Shown here: positions 20,924 to 30,770 of the stretch, piece after piece | How positions within the stretch are numbered: position 1 is the first letter of the stretch | Layout: each line of letters starts with the position of its first letter | Assembly (NCBI GenBank): GCA_017416205.1 | Contig: JAFQDC010000107.1 | Coordinates: 11,345 to 75,344, forward strand | Direction of reading: 5' to 3' | DNA from: Clostridia bacterium | GTDB taxonomy: Bacteria; Bacillota; Clostridia; Oscillospirales; CAG-272 | DNA: 64,000 nt | Made by a program: the position numbers and the translations under genes | Notes under the pieces: model-generated | Told to the model about the DNA's origin: nothing | Seen by the model: only the letters and a program-made list of their open reading frames with translations | The model's database searches: none

Positions 20924-21778
20924 TTATCTCTTGAGAACAGCTTGGTCTTTGGCAGGACTGGCTCTACCGGCAATATCCGGAGCTCTGCGTTCAAGGGCTG
21001 CAAAGGATATTTCAATATCCTCGCGAGCTTCATGCTCACTGAAGCAGCCTACGGTTACCATATCGCAATCACGGATAGTAGCCCAGTTGAAGTTTAGTCC
21101 TACGAAGGGAGTAGTTCTGCCTGCCGCCATTGACTTGATAGTCATAACAGGTTTTTTTGCATTTCTGATAATGCTGTTAACGGCTTCTACCTCCACCTGC
21201 ATAAGAAAGCCCATACAGTTATATATCTGTATGTACGTTTCAACGTCATAACCGTTTTCGTCGGAATATATAACGAGCTCGGGCATATGTGCAGAAACTC
21301 CGGGGATCATTCCGGCGTCGCGGATCATTTTTGTATAGTCATCAAGTCTGTCAATGGTACGTGTCCTTTTGCAAACGAGCTGCTCTGCGGAATAGTGGTG
21401 AATAAGGCAGAATTTTGCGCCTCTTTGTGCTGATTCTTTGATAGCTCGCTCAGCATCACGGCGGCCTTCAGCTGAATCATCAACGTTAACGATGGGGGTA
21501 TCCACCATGATCATTTCATGGCCTGTTTTTTCTTGTGCAAGGAGAACAGCCTTATGAATATGGGGAGCCTGATCAAAGGGGGCCATAACGGTATCTATGC
21601 CGTGTTCAAGGAAAGTTTCAAGCATAGGGAGCATGGACTCGGGCTCGCGATACCTATTTTTTATCATATTATCGGCCGAGGGTGTTCTGTGACTATAGCC
21701 TGCGACCCAGTTGGTTCCGACAATCATTCTGGAAACGGAAAGTCCGCCAACCTCAGTTCTCGGGAATTGTTTTTTCAT
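20924..21778 (-). CDS. hypothetical protein (possibly TIM-barrel/aldo-keto-reductase-like)
   Basis: 284 aa. Coding potential is clear, but only the N-terminus (LSVSRMIVGTNW) weakly recalls AKR-type barrels. No family recognised. Confidence 0.4.
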   Translation of the reverse strand: MKKQFPRTEVGGLSVSRMIVGTNWVAGYSHRTPSADNMIKNRYREPESMLPMLETFLEHGIDTVMAPFDQAPHIHKAVLLAQEKTGHEMIMVDTPIVNVDDSAEGRRDAERAIKESAQRGAKFCLIHHYSAEQLVCKRTRTIDRLDDYTKMIRDAGMIPGVSAHMPELVIYSDENGYDVETYIQIYNCMGFLMQVEVEAVNSIIRNAKKPVMTIKSMAAGRTTPFVGLNFNWATIRDCDMVTVGCFSEHEAREDIEISFAALERRAPDIAGRASPAKDQAVLKR

Positions 21779-21790
21779 ATGAACCTCTTT

Positions 21791-21824
21791 TAATAAAGGG
21801 CATCCTTGCGGATGCCCCTTTTAA
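21791..21824 (-). terminator. terminator downstream of ackA
   Basis: GGGCATCC ttgc GGATGCCC hairpin with T-rich flanks on both strands. Confidence 0.65.
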
Positions 21825-21830
21825 TTATGA

Positions 21831-23033
21831 TCAAAGAGCAGAAACGAGCGCTTCTGTATCGCGAGCGATCATAAGCTCTTCGTTTGTGGGGATAAGGTAA
21901 ACCTTAACCTTGGAGTCTTCTGTGGAAAGCTCAACGATGTCAGACTGGTGATGAGCTGCAGCGTTGACTTCCTTGTTGATCTTGATTCCGTAGTATTCCA
22001 TGTCTGAGCATACTCTTTCACGGAGTTCAGTATTGTTCTCACCCATACCTGCTGTGAATACAACTGCATCAAGTCCGTTCATGGAAGCAGCGTAAGAGCC
22101 GATGAACTTCTTGATCTGGTATGCGAGAGTAGAAGCTGTGAGGTAAGCTCTCTCGTTGCCCTCAAGGATTGCAGCCTCGATGTCACGGCTGTCGGAGGAA
22201 ATGCCGGAGAGACCCTCAAATCCGCACTTCTTGTTCATGAAGTCGCTCATTTCATCGGGAGTCATGCCTGTCTTCTTCATAACGTAAGTTACAACAGCGG
22301 GGTCGATATCACCGCAACGTGTACCCATCATAACGCCTGCGAGAGGAGTCATACCCATAGAAGTGTCTACGCACTTACCGTCTTTAACGGCGGTGATGGA
22401 GGAACCGTTACCGATGTGACATGTAACGATATGTGTACCCTCTGTTTTGCCGAGGATCTTGCACATCTCAGCAGCTACGAAGCGATGGCTTGTACCATGA
22501 GCACCGAAACGACGGATGGAAAGCTCCTGGCACATCTCGTAGGGAAGGGCATATGTATATGCCTGGGGAGCCATAGACTGATGGAATGCTGTATCAAATA
22601 CAAGAACCTGAGGAACGCCGGGCATAGCCTTTGTGCAACCCTCGATACCCATAAGGTGTGCGGGTGTGTGAAGAGGAGCAAGGTCTACACAGTTAGAGAG
22701 CTTTGCAATAACTTCATCGTTTACTAGAACGGATTCAGAGAAGTATGTTCCGCCATGGACAACTCTGTGTCCAACAGCCTCGATCTCAGACATATCAGCG
22801 ATGCAACCGAACTCTTTATCGGTGAGGTAGTCGATAACGATACCTGTAGCAACTGCGTGGTCGGGCATGGGGATCTCTTTCTTGATCTTATCTCCGTTTG
22901 CGAGCTTATGCTCAATGCGACCGTCAAGACCGATTCTCTCGCAGATACCCTTTGCGAGAACTGCTTCTGTAACAGTATCAAAAAGCTGATACTTAAGGGA
23001 GGAGCTGCCTGCGTTAACAACAAGAACCTTCAT
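21831..23033 (-). CDS. ackA: acetate kinase
   Basis: 400 aa. MKVLVVNAGSSSLKYQLF N-terminus, VGHRVVHGG and FTAGMGEN motifs. Confidence 0.95.
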   Translation of the reverse strand: MKVLVVNAGSSSLKYQLFDTVTEAVLAKGICERIGLDGRIEHKLANGDKIKKEIPMPDHAVATGIVIDYLTDKEFGCIADMSEIEAVGHRVVHGGTYFSESVLVNDEVIAKLSNCVDLAPLHTPAHLMGIEGCTKAMPGVPQVLVFDTAFHQSMAPQAYTYALPYEMCQELSIRRFGAHGTSHRFVAAEMCKILGKTEGTHIVTCHIGNGSSITAVKDGKCVDTSMGMTPLAGVMMGTRCGDIDPAVVTYVMKKTGMTPDEMSDFMNKKCGFEGLSGISSDSRDIEAAILEGNERAYLTASTLAYQIKKFIGSYAASMNGLDAVVFTAGMGENNTELRERVCSDMEYYGIKINKEVNAAAHHQSDIVELSTEDSKVKVYLIPTNEELMIARDTEALVSAL

Positions 23034-23071
23034 AGTTTATAAAATTCCTTTCAAAGAAAAAAATTAATTAT

Positions 23072-23100
23072 TTGACATTTGCTGTGCATTGATATAGAAT
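23072..23100 (+). promoter_or_regulatory. sigma-A type promoter
   Basis: TTGACA, 17 nt, TAGAAT, upstream of the 23179 ORF. Confidence 0.55.
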
Positions 23101-23178
23101 ATTAAAGTAGACGCACAACATAATAATTATATATCATGTTATTTATAAATACAATAGTTTTTTGGGGATTTTTTAAAA

Positions 23179-24240
23179 ATGAAGAAGATTTCGGCAGTAA
23201 TATGTGAGCTTAATCCTTTACATAGCGGTCACAGGCATATTTTCGGCGAAGCCAAAAAATGCAGCGACGTTCTGATAGCAGTAATGAGCGGAAATTTCGT
23301 ACAGCGTGGCGAAACTGCGGTGTATGATAAATATAAAAGAGCGAAAAGTGCTATTTCGGCAGGTGCAGATATTGTTCTTGAATTGCCATTTCCGTTTTCT
23401 TCGTCAAGCGCAGAATATTTTGCCCGTGCCGGAGTGCATATTGCAGAGTCTGTCGGTGCCGATACACTGTATTTCGGCAGTGAATGCGGAGATGTTGAGA
23501 TTCTCAGAAAATGCGCCGAAGTAATGAACAGTGAAGAATACAGAACGGCAATGACTGTAGGCAGAAGTGCAGAGCTGAGATCTCTTTATCTTAAAGAAAA
23601 TATTCCCGATTTACCTCCTTCTGTATTGGAGTCTCCTAATGATATACTCGGTGTTGAGTATTGCAGATTTGCAAGTATTGATACCGTTGCCGTTAAGCGG
23701 ATAAGTACAGAAAGTGCTTCTTCAATACGTATGCGCAGATTGAAGGATGAAAATTCAGATATGCTTGACCCAACAAGGCTGTTTCAGCTTGAATACAACA
23801 AATTCAGAACTCAGAGAAGTGTAGATCCTGATATTGCAGAATGCACCGGCGGTGTAGGCGAACGTCTATATAATAACGCTTTCAAAACCCCAAATTATTC
23901 CGAATGGATAGAAGCTGTTAAAACCAAGCAGTACACAAACGCAAGGCTCAGAAGAGCAGCTTTGTTTTACTTGTGTGGAGTAAGCGAAGATGATATTAGG
24001 GAAAAGCCATATTTCACAAGGTTATTGGCTGTAAATTCTAACGGAATAGATTATCTTTCTGGTATCAAAAAATGCTGTGATTTTCCTATAATTACAAGCG
24101 CCCGTGAAAGAAAGAATCTTTCCGAGAAAGCTTTAAAGCAGTATCTTCTTTCAGAGTTTGCTGATACTGTATATTCGCTTTGTCTGGGAGAAACAGATCC
24201 ATGTTTGTTTTCGAGGATTCCGCCTGTTGTTAATAGGTAA
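23179..24240 (+). CDS. tmcAL: nucleotidyltransferase of the UPF0348/YlbM family (tRNA-Met cytidine acetate ligase TmcAL-like)
   Basis: 353 aa. N-terminal ICELNPLHSGH nucleotidyltransferase motif and an overall YlbM-like layout. Confidence 0.75.
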   Translation: MKKISAVICELNPLHSGHRHIFGEAKKCSDVLIAVMSGNFVQRGETAVYDKYKRAKSAISAGADIVLELPFPFSSSSAEYFARAGVHIAESVGADTLYFGSECGDVEILRKCAEVMNSEEYRTAMTVGRSAELRSLYLKENIPDLPPSVLESPNDILGVEYCRFASIDTVAVKRISTESASSIRMRRLKDENSDMLDPTRLFQLEYNKFRTQRSVDPDIAECTGGVGERLYNNAFKTPNYSEWIEAVKTKQYTNARLRRAALFYLCGVSEDDIREKPYFTRLLAVNSNGIDYLSGIKKCCDFPIITSARERKNLSEKALKQYLLSEFADTVYSLCLGETDPCLFSRIPPVVNR

Positions 24241-24288
24241 ACTGCACAAAAAACATTTAAATTATAGCACTGTTTGTTGCAATTTTCA

Positions 24289-24317
24289 TTGACAAACAGT
24301 GCTTTCGTATTTATAAT
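24289..24317 (+). promoter_or_regulatory. consensus sigma-A promoter of the sugar operon
   Basis: TTGACA, 17 nt, TATAAT. The -35 lies inside a 12-bp perfect inverted repeat (24266-24277 / 24292-24303). Confidence 0.7.
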
Positions 24318-24345
24318 AGTAGTAACTGAGCAAAGGAGACTTTGT

Positions 24346-25653
24346 ATGTATATAGGTATAGATCTTGGTACGACAGGCTGTAAGACCGTGCTTTTTGACG
24401 GCGATGGTCGAGCGTTATGTGAGTATAACAAAGAATATGAGCTGATATTTAAGGGAACCTTCGTGGAGCAGGATGCCAATGATTGGTGGAGGCTTGTTCT
24501 TGATGGAATGAAGCACGTTGTTTCCGAAAGCGGAATTAGTGATATTCGCGGCATTTCCGTAAGTACTCAGGGGATTTCATTCGTTCCCGTTGATAAGGAT
24601 GGAAACACTCTTTATAATGCTATCAGCTGGCTTGATATGAGAGCTGAAAGGGAATGTGAAGAGCTTATTGAAAGATTTGGGCACAAGACTGTTTTTGATA
24701 TTACGGGAAAGCATTGTCTTTGTGATTACTCGCTTCCTAAGATCCGTTGGTTTACAGATAATTGCAAGAACGTACTTGAGGATACCTGGAAGATCCTTTT
24801 CCCACTTGACTATCTTAATTTAAAGCTTTGCGGAAACGCTGTCACCGATTATACAATTGCCGGCGGATCTATGCTTTATGACATTCACAATAAGGAATGG
24901 CATAAGGAATTACTGGATTTTGCAGGTATAACTGAGGATATACTTCCCAAAGTTTTGCCTATGGGTAGCGATATCGGAGCCCTTCTTCCTGCAGTTTCTG
25001 AAGAGGTAGGCATTACAGGCGAGTGCAGAGTGTATCTTGGCGGTCAGGATCAGAAGCTTGCAGCCATCGGTGCAGGTATTGGCGGTGACGTATGTACCGT
25101 CTCATTCGGTACTGCTACGGCGATATCACGACTTGCAGATAGATTTGAATTTGATAAAAACAGTTCAGTTACTCTTTTCAGATTTGATGATGAAAAATAC
25201 ATAAGAGAAGTGGCGCTTATGACAACAGGCGCTGCCCTCAGATGGCTTACAAGAACCCTTTACGGCGGTATTTCTTACAGAGAAATGGATACACTTGCGG
25301 CTGAAAGCGAGCCCGGAGCAAACGGGGTTAAGTTCAAGTGTGATCTTTCTGTGGGGGGCGTGATTTCAGGTATTACGCTTTCTACAAAAGCATCAGATAT
25401 CGTTTATGCTTTATACGAGGGAGTTGCTGAGGATATTGCAGCGGCTGTCAGTCAGCTTGGAGGAGCTTCCTGCCTTAAGGTTTTTGGCGGTGGTGCGAAA
25501 AGCGAGATATGGTGCTCAATTGTATCAAGAGTATGCAATATTCCCGTTGAGATATTGAGTATCCCCGAGACCGCCTCTCTCGGTGCTGCGATTCTCGCTT
25601 CCAATGGTGCAATTGCACCGGCTGCAGTTAAAAAGGTATTGACTGATTTTTAA
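24346..25653 (+). CDS. FGGY-family carbohydrate kinase
   Basis: MYIGIDLGTTGCK start after AAAGGAG, and a C-terminal GGGAKSEIW motif. I prefer ATG 24346 over the ORF-track start at 24274. Confidence 0.85.
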   Translation: MYIGIDLGTTGCKTVLFDGDGRALCEYNKEYELIFKGTFVEQDANDWWRLVLDGMKHVVSESGISDIRGISVSTQGISFVPVDKDGNTLYNAISWLDMRAERECEELIERFGHKTVFDITGKHCLCDYSLPKIRWFTDNCKNVLEDTWKILFPLDYLNLKLCGNAVTDYTIAGGSMLYDIHNKEWHKELLDFAGITEDILPKVLPMGSDIGALLPAVSEEVGITGECRVYLGGQDQKLAAIGAGIGGDVCTVSFGTATAISRLADRFEFDKNSSVTLFRFDDEKYIREVALMTTGAALRWLTRTLYGGISYREMDTLAAESEPGANGVKFKCDLSVGGVISGITLSTKASDIVYALYEGVAEDIAAAVSQLGGASCLKVFGGGAKSEIWCSIVSRVCNIPVEILSIPETASLGAAILASNGAIAPAAVKKVLTDF

Positions 25654-25676
25654 AATTAAATTGTAAGGAGATATAT

Positions 25677-26609
25677 ATGTTCAAATTTGATCCCGCACCT
25701 TTCGTGCCGTATAAGAACCGTGAGGTTCTTGAAAGATGCAGAAACATCAAGCGCGAGGATATGGAGAAGCATCCTAATCCAAACTTCCGTATCCACCTTG
25801 TCCCTTCCTGTGAGGGAATTTGGGTTGGAGATATGGTATCGAGGATCATGCGCTCCGATATTCTTGACGAAAAATGCGTAATGATTCTTCCTAATCCCTG
25901 CCCAACGATTTATCTTGCGGTAGCTGAGTCCATCAATAAGCTCAACGTAAACTGCCGCAATCTTCACATTTTCATGATGGATGAATGGGCAGATCAGGAC
26001 GGAAATATCGCTCCTCTTGATTATACTGCAGGCTTTGCGCACAGCAATATGAAGTATTTCTATTCTGCGATCAGAGAGGATCTTCGTCCTCCTCTCAGCC
26101 AAGTGCACTATCCCACCAATGAGAATGTAAATTGCTATTCCGACCTTATTGAGGAATGCGGTGACGGCGGTGCAGATATATGCTACTCCGGTCCCGGTTG
26201 GACAGGCCACATAGCATTTATTGACCCTCTGACTCCCGAATTCGGTTGCCCTCCTATAGATGAGTATCTTCAGATGGGTGCACGTATTGTTACACTTAAT
26301 CCCATGACGATCCTTCAGAATTCTCTTCACGGATGCTTTGGATGCTCAGGTGATATTGCAAACGTACCTCCAAAGGCTTTCACAATAGGTCCCCGCGATA
26401 TCAAGAATTCAAAGAACAGACTCGAAATGCATGATCTTACCACTATGGGTACGTATTCCTCGTGGCTTAGAATGACATCCCGTCTTGTTCTTTACGGAGA
26501 GGTAACTCCTCTTGTCCCTTCATCCATACTTCAGCTTATGGATACCGATGTGTATGTTACCGAGGCTATTGCGCAGCCCTTTGGCTGTGAAGAGCTTGTC
26601 GGATACTGA
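25677..26609 (+). CDS. NagB/6-phosphogluconolactonase-superfamily protein (glucosamine-6-P deaminase-like), copy 1
   Basis: 310 aa. The FMMDEW motif aligns with the NagB (F/L)DEY motif. It is longer than canonical NagB. Tandem paralogue of the next gene. Confidence 0.6.
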   Translation: MFKFDPAPFVPYKNREVLERCRNIKREDMEKHPNPNFRIHLVPSCEGIWVGDMVSRIMRSDILDEKCVMILPNPCPTIYLAVAESINKLNVNCRNLHIFMMDEWADQDGNIAPLDYTAGFAHSNMKYFYSAIREDLRPPLSQVHYPTNENVNCYSDLIEECGDGGADICYSGPGWTGHIAFIDPLTPEFGCPPIDEYLQMGARIVTLNPMTILQNSLHGCFGCSGDIANVPPKAFTIGPRDIKNSKNRLEMHDLTTMGTYSSWLRMTSRLVLYGEVTPLVPSSILQLMDTDVYVTEAIAQPFGCEELVGY

Positions 26610-26636
26610 TACTTTACTAACTTAAGGAGAAAAACT

Positions 26637-27569
26637 ATGTTTACTTTTGAGCCCGCACCGTTCGTGCCTTATAAGAATAAAGAGGTTCTTGAAAGATGCA
26701 GAAACATTAAACGTGAGGATATGGAAAAGCATCCTAACCCCAATTTCCGTATTCATATCACACCTGCAGTCGGTGGTATTTGGGTAGGCGATATGGTCGC
26801 AAGAATCGTTCGCTCAGATCTTATGAATGAGAAGTGTGTTATGATCCTTCCTAACCCTTGTCCCGTAGACTATATGGCAGTAGCTGAGTCTATTAACAGA
26901 CTTAACGTTAACTGCCGTAACCTTTACGTGTTTATGATGGACGAGTGGGCTGACCAGGACGGAAATATTGCTCCTCTTGATTACAAAGCAGGCTTTGCTC
27001 ATTCAAATCTTAAGTATTTCTACGGATCTATTCGCGAGGATCTTCGTCCTCCTCTTGATCATTTTGTATATCCCACAAATGAAAACTGCAAGGATTATTC
27101 CAAGCTCATCGCTGAGTGCGGTGGCGGCGGTGCCGACATTTGCTATTCCGGTCCGGGATGGGCAGGCCATATTGCATTTATCGATCCCGACACACCCGAG
27201 TTTGGTTGTCCTCCCATTGAAGAATATCTTGAGATGGAGGCTCGCATCGTAACTCTTAATCCTATGACTATTCTTCAGAACTCTCTCCACGGTTGTTTTG
27301 GTTGCTCCGGTGATATTGCAAACGTACCTCCCAAGGCATTTACAATCGGACCTGTTGACGTAAAGAATTCTAAGAACCGTTTTGAGATGCATACACTTAC
27401 GACTATGGGTACGTACTCCTCCTGGCAGAGAATGGTTTCCCGTCTCGTTCTTTACGGAGAGGTTACACCTCAGGTTCCTTCTTCCATCCTTCAGCTTATG
27501 GACACAGACGTATACGTAACTGAAGACATTGCAGCGCCCATCAAGGTTGATGAGCTTGTAGGATATTAA
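26637..27569 (+). CDS. NagB/6-phosphogluconolactonase-superfamily protein, copy 2
   Basis: 310 aa, colinear with copy 1 without gaps. A large majority of residues are identical by eye. Confidence 0.6.
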   Translation: MFTFEPAPFVPYKNKEVLERCRNIKREDMEKHPNPNFRIHITPAVGGIWVGDMVARIVRSDLMNEKCVMILPNPCPVDYMAVAESINRLNVNCRNLYVFMMDEWADQDGNIAPLDYKAGFAHSNLKYFYGSIREDLRPPLDHFVYPTNENCKDYSKLIAECGGGGADICYSGPGWAGHIAFIDPDTPEFGCPPIEEYLEMEARIVTLNPMTILQNSLHGCFGCSGDIANVPPKAFTIGPVDVKNSKNRFEMHTLTTMGTYSSWQRMVSRLVLYGEVTPQVPSSILQLMDTDVYVTEDIAAPIKVDELVGY

Positions 27570-27571
27570 TA

Positions 27572-28651
27572 ATGAATTATACTATTTACGGTACGGTTGT
27601 CAGTGGAGACCAGGTGATCTCCTCCGGCGCCGTAGCCGTTGAAAACGGAAAGATCATATATTGCGGCACCCGTGCTGATGCTCCTGACTGTGGCGAGATT
27701 TTTGACTTTGGTGACGGGCTTATAGTTCCCGGATTTATTGATATCCATTGCCACGCAGGAAATGATAAATGGTTCTATGAGGATCCTGTCGCTTGTGCTG
27801 AGTATCACCTTGCTCACGGAACAACAAGCATGTGCGCAACTCTGTACCGCGATATGACAATTGATGAGACCGTCAAGGCAATCGCGGATATTCGAAGTGC
27901 TATGAACAGCTGTAAGAATATTATAGGTGTACACCTTGAAGGACCGTATCTTAATCCCAGATACGGCTCTATGATGCAGAGCGGCGAGGTCGTTGCCGAT
28001 CCTGCCGATTATATGAGGCTTTTTGCTGATGACACTGTTGTTCATGTAAGCTTTGCCCCCGAGGTCAAGGGTACTGATAAGCTTTTAAAGATACTGAATG
28101 AAAAGGGAATCGTACCTGCTATCGGACACAGTATGGCTTCATATGATCAGGTAAAAGCGGCTGTTGACGGTGGAGTTAAAAACGTTACTCATTTGTTTGA
28201 CGCTACCGGCGCTTCTATATCACCTACAAGATGGGACGGTACCATTGAAGTCGATTTTAATGCGGCTGCTTTGCTTTGCGACGGTATTACATACGAGATA
28301 ATATGTGATAAGGACGGAGTTCACGTTCGCCCCGAAATGCTCAGACTTGCGGCAAAGACTGTTGGTATAGATAACCTTATCGGTATCACAGATGCCTGTG
28401 CCGACGGGGAAGAGGGAAGCGACGTAAATATTGTAAACGGTGAGTTGACAGGCTCAAAGCTTACAATGAACAAAGTCTTTAAGAACTTTGTTAACGTTGG
28501 TTTCACACTCTGTGATGCTGTGAAGTTCACTTCTTCGAATGCAGCCCGACTTATGGGCCTTTACGGCAAGGGCTCTATTTCAGTGGGTATGGATGCCGAT
28601 ATTACCGTACTCGACAAGGATTATAACGTATTAAAGGTTTTTAAAGCCTGA
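27572..28651 (+). CDS. amidohydrolase, N-acetylglucosamine-6-phosphate deacetylase (NagA)-like
   Basis: 359 aa. Metal-binding GFIDIHCH, HLEGPYLNP, GHS and THLFD motifs in NagA order. Confidence 0.75.
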   Translation: MNYTIYGTVVSGDQVISSGAVAVENGKIIYCGTRADAPDCGEIFDFGDGLIVPGFIDIHCHAGNDKWFYEDPVACAEYHLAHGTTSMCATLYRDMTIDETVKAIADIRSAMNSCKNIIGVHLEGPYLNPRYGSMMQSGEVVADPADYMRLFADDTVVHVSFAPEVKGTDKLLKILNEKGIVPAIGHSMASYDQVKAAVDGGVKNVTHLFDATGASISPTRWDGTIEVDFNAAALLCDGITYEIICDKDGVHVRPEMLRLAAKTVGIDNLIGITDACADGEEGSDVNIVNGELTGSKLTMNKVFKNFVNVGFTLCDAVKFTSSNAARLMGLYGKGSISVGMDADITVLDKDYNVLKVFKA

Positions 28652-28682
28652 ATTAATAATTACAAAAAGAAGGTGCATTTTT

Positions 28683-29951
28683 ATGCTTAAAGCCGGAATA
28701 GCAATCAGAGACATCTCTCCAAAGCCCGGTGTTGAAATGGCAGGTTATCCTCACTGTCCCCGTCCCAATATAGGAGTACACGATCCTCTTTACTGCGTTG
28801 CTCTCCATCTTGATAACGGACACGACAGTATTACTATGCTTACTTTTGATCTTCTTTATTTCGGTAAGAAGTATTGTAAGATGATGCGTGATAAGTTTGG
28901 CGGAAAGATTATGTTTACGTCAAGCCATACTCACTCAGGTCCTTGGTGCTCAACTCCTCTTGCTTCTGAAATTGCAGAGGGACTTGATAATGATCCCACA
29001 TACATAGCTCAGCTCCTTCCTCTTGTTGAAGAGTGTATAACCGAAGCAAGAAGCAATTTGTTCGATGCTAAGATCGCAACAGGCATCGGTCATTGCGGTA
29101 AAGAGCAGGGCGTTGGCGGTAATCGCCGTGTGAAGAATGGTCTTCAGGATGATTCCGTTAACGTAATTTGTGTAAAGGATATGAATGATACAGTCAGAGG
29201 TATTCTTCTCAATTATGCTCTTCATCCCACGTTCCTTCACGCAGAAAGCCTTTGGGTAACTGCTGATTATCCCGGATATATCCGCAGATTCCTTAAATTT
29301 GCTTATCCCGAAGCTCACTTTATGTTTGCTCAGGGTACAAGCGGAAATCAGTCCTCAAGATATCATAGAGTAGGACAGAATTTCGAAGAAGCTGCAAGAG
29401 TTGGTGCGACTCTTGGCGTCGAGGTATTCCATACCATCAATAAGATGGAGTTTACCGATGAGATCGAATTCGAGTGGAAATCTACGGAAGTTGAACTTCC
29501 TATCAGAACATATCCGCCTCTTGAAAAGGCAAGAGCAGATATGGAAGCTGCAAGAAAGCGCTTCGCTGAAATGCCTGATGATGACTATATTGCAAAGAGA
29601 AATGCTGAGCTTGATATGTTCGGTCGTGAAAATGAGTTCTATTATGCAGAGCAGTTTGAGCAGACAGGACACGTGACTGAGGGCGAGCTTCCTTGTGAGG
29701 TTATGACACTGAAGCTTGGTGATACTCTCATTTGTGCAATGCAAGGTGAGATATTCGTTGAATACGGTCTCGATCTTAAGGCTTCTTCTCCCTGCGAAAA
29801 AACTTTTGTGTTTGAAGTAACCAACGGTTCACTTCCCGGATATATTTTCACAAATGAAGCATTTGATGAAGGCGGATACGAGGTAGGTACCTCCGTGTTT
29901 ACAAGAGAAGCCGGAGAAGTTCTTATTGATGCTATCAAATCTCTGTTCTGA
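28683..29951 (+). CDS. neutral/alkaline ceramidase-like N-terminal-domain hydrolase (function unknown)
   Basis: 422 aa. ISPKPGVEMAGY... and SSHTHSGP motifs resemble the bacterial ceramidase-like family. Assignment by recollection only. Confidence 0.45.
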   Translation: MLKAGIAIRDISPKPGVEMAGYPHCPRPNIGVHDPLYCVALHLDNGHDSITMLTFDLLYFGKKYCKMMRDKFGGKIMFTSSHTHSGPWCSTPLASEIAEGLDNDPTYIAQLLPLVEECITEARSNLFDAKIATGIGHCGKEQGVGGNRRVKNGLQDDSVNVICVKDMNDTVRGILLNYALHPTFLHAESLWVTADYPGYIRRFLKFAYPEAHFMFAQGTSGNQSSRYHRVGQNFEEAARVGATLGVEVFHTINKMEFTDEIEFEWKSTEVELPIRTYPPLEKARADMEAARKRFAEMPDDDYIAKRNAELDMFGRENEFYYAEQFEQTGHVTEGELPCEVMTLKLGDTLICAMQGEIFVEYGLDLKASSPCEKTFVFEVTNGSLPGYIFTNEAFDEGGYEVGTSVFTREAGEVLIDAIKSLF

Positions 29952-29966
29952 TTAAGGAGAACAAAT

Positions 29967-30755
29967 ATGAATATTATTGACAGATTCAGACTTGACGGTA
30001 AGGTTGCTCTTGTTACCGGCGGTTCCGGATGGTACGGAACTCAGATGGTTCTTGCACTTGCGCAGGCAGGCGCTACCGTTTGCTGTGCTTCAAGAAATCT
30101 AGAAAACTGTAAGAAGTTTACCGATGAGCTTAACGCACAGGGATATGATAAGGTCTACGCCGATTCATACGATCAGGCAGACGAGGAAAGCATAAAAGCT
30201 TTGCTTGCAAGAATGGTTGAAAGAGACGGCAAGGTAGATATTCTTGTTAATAACTCTGTTCTTCGTCCCATGCACGAGTATGATGATCCTCTTGAGAACT
30301 TTGCAAAATCAATGGAAGTTAATGCTACCGGCCTTTTTGCGATCACCAGAGCATTCGGTGATCAGATGGAAAAGAACGGCGGTGGAAGCATTATCAATAT
30401 CGGTTCTTATATGGGTATCTGCGGCTCCAATCCTTATCTCTACGAGGATGACCCGTCAATGGATGCAGTCGGATCTCCCGATTATTTCTTCCACAAGGGC
30501 GGTATGGTAAATCTTACAAGACTTATCGCTGCTCGCTACGGACATGCAAACGTAAGAGTTAACTGTCTTAATCTCGGCGGACTCTTTAATCATCAGCCCG
30601 AGGGATTTCTTGAGAGATATGCAAAAATGAATTATCTCGGAAGAATGGCAAACGAGACAGATATTCAGGGCGTTCTTGTTTTCCTTGCATCTGATGCTTC
30701 CGCATATATTACAGGCACATCCATCAACGTAGACGGTGGTTACACCGCAAGATAA
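29967..30755 (+). CDS. SDR-family oxidoreductase
   Basis: 262 aa. Glycine-rich VTGGSGWYG motif, NNS motif and a classical SDR C-terminus (ITGTSINVDGGYT). Confidence 0.85.
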   Translation: MNIIDRFRLDGKVALVTGGSGWYGTQMVLALAQAGATVCCASRNLENCKKFTDELNAQGYDKVYADSYDQADEESIKALLARMVERDGKVDILVNNSVLRPMHEYDDPLENFAKSMEVNATGLFAITRAFGDQMEKNGGGSIINIGSYMGICGSNPYLYEDDPSMDAVGSPDYFFHKGGMVNLTRLIAARYGHANVRVNCLNLGGLFNHQPEGFLERYAKMNYLGRMANETDIQGVLVFLASDASAYITGTSINVDGGYTAR

Positions 30756-30770
30756 CGTTTGAGGTGTTAT

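Noticed and set aside
25656-27392. Minus-strand ORFs of 224 aa and 129 aa opposite the two NagB-like genes.
   Set aside because: They are mirror ORFs that recur in both paralogues because the sense sequence is duplicated. They have no start context and no motifs.
25677-27569. The tandem NagB-like genes as an assembly duplication artefact.
   Set aside because: The two copies differ at many nucleotide positions, including numerous synonymous sites, and have distinct C-termini. They are genuine paralogues.
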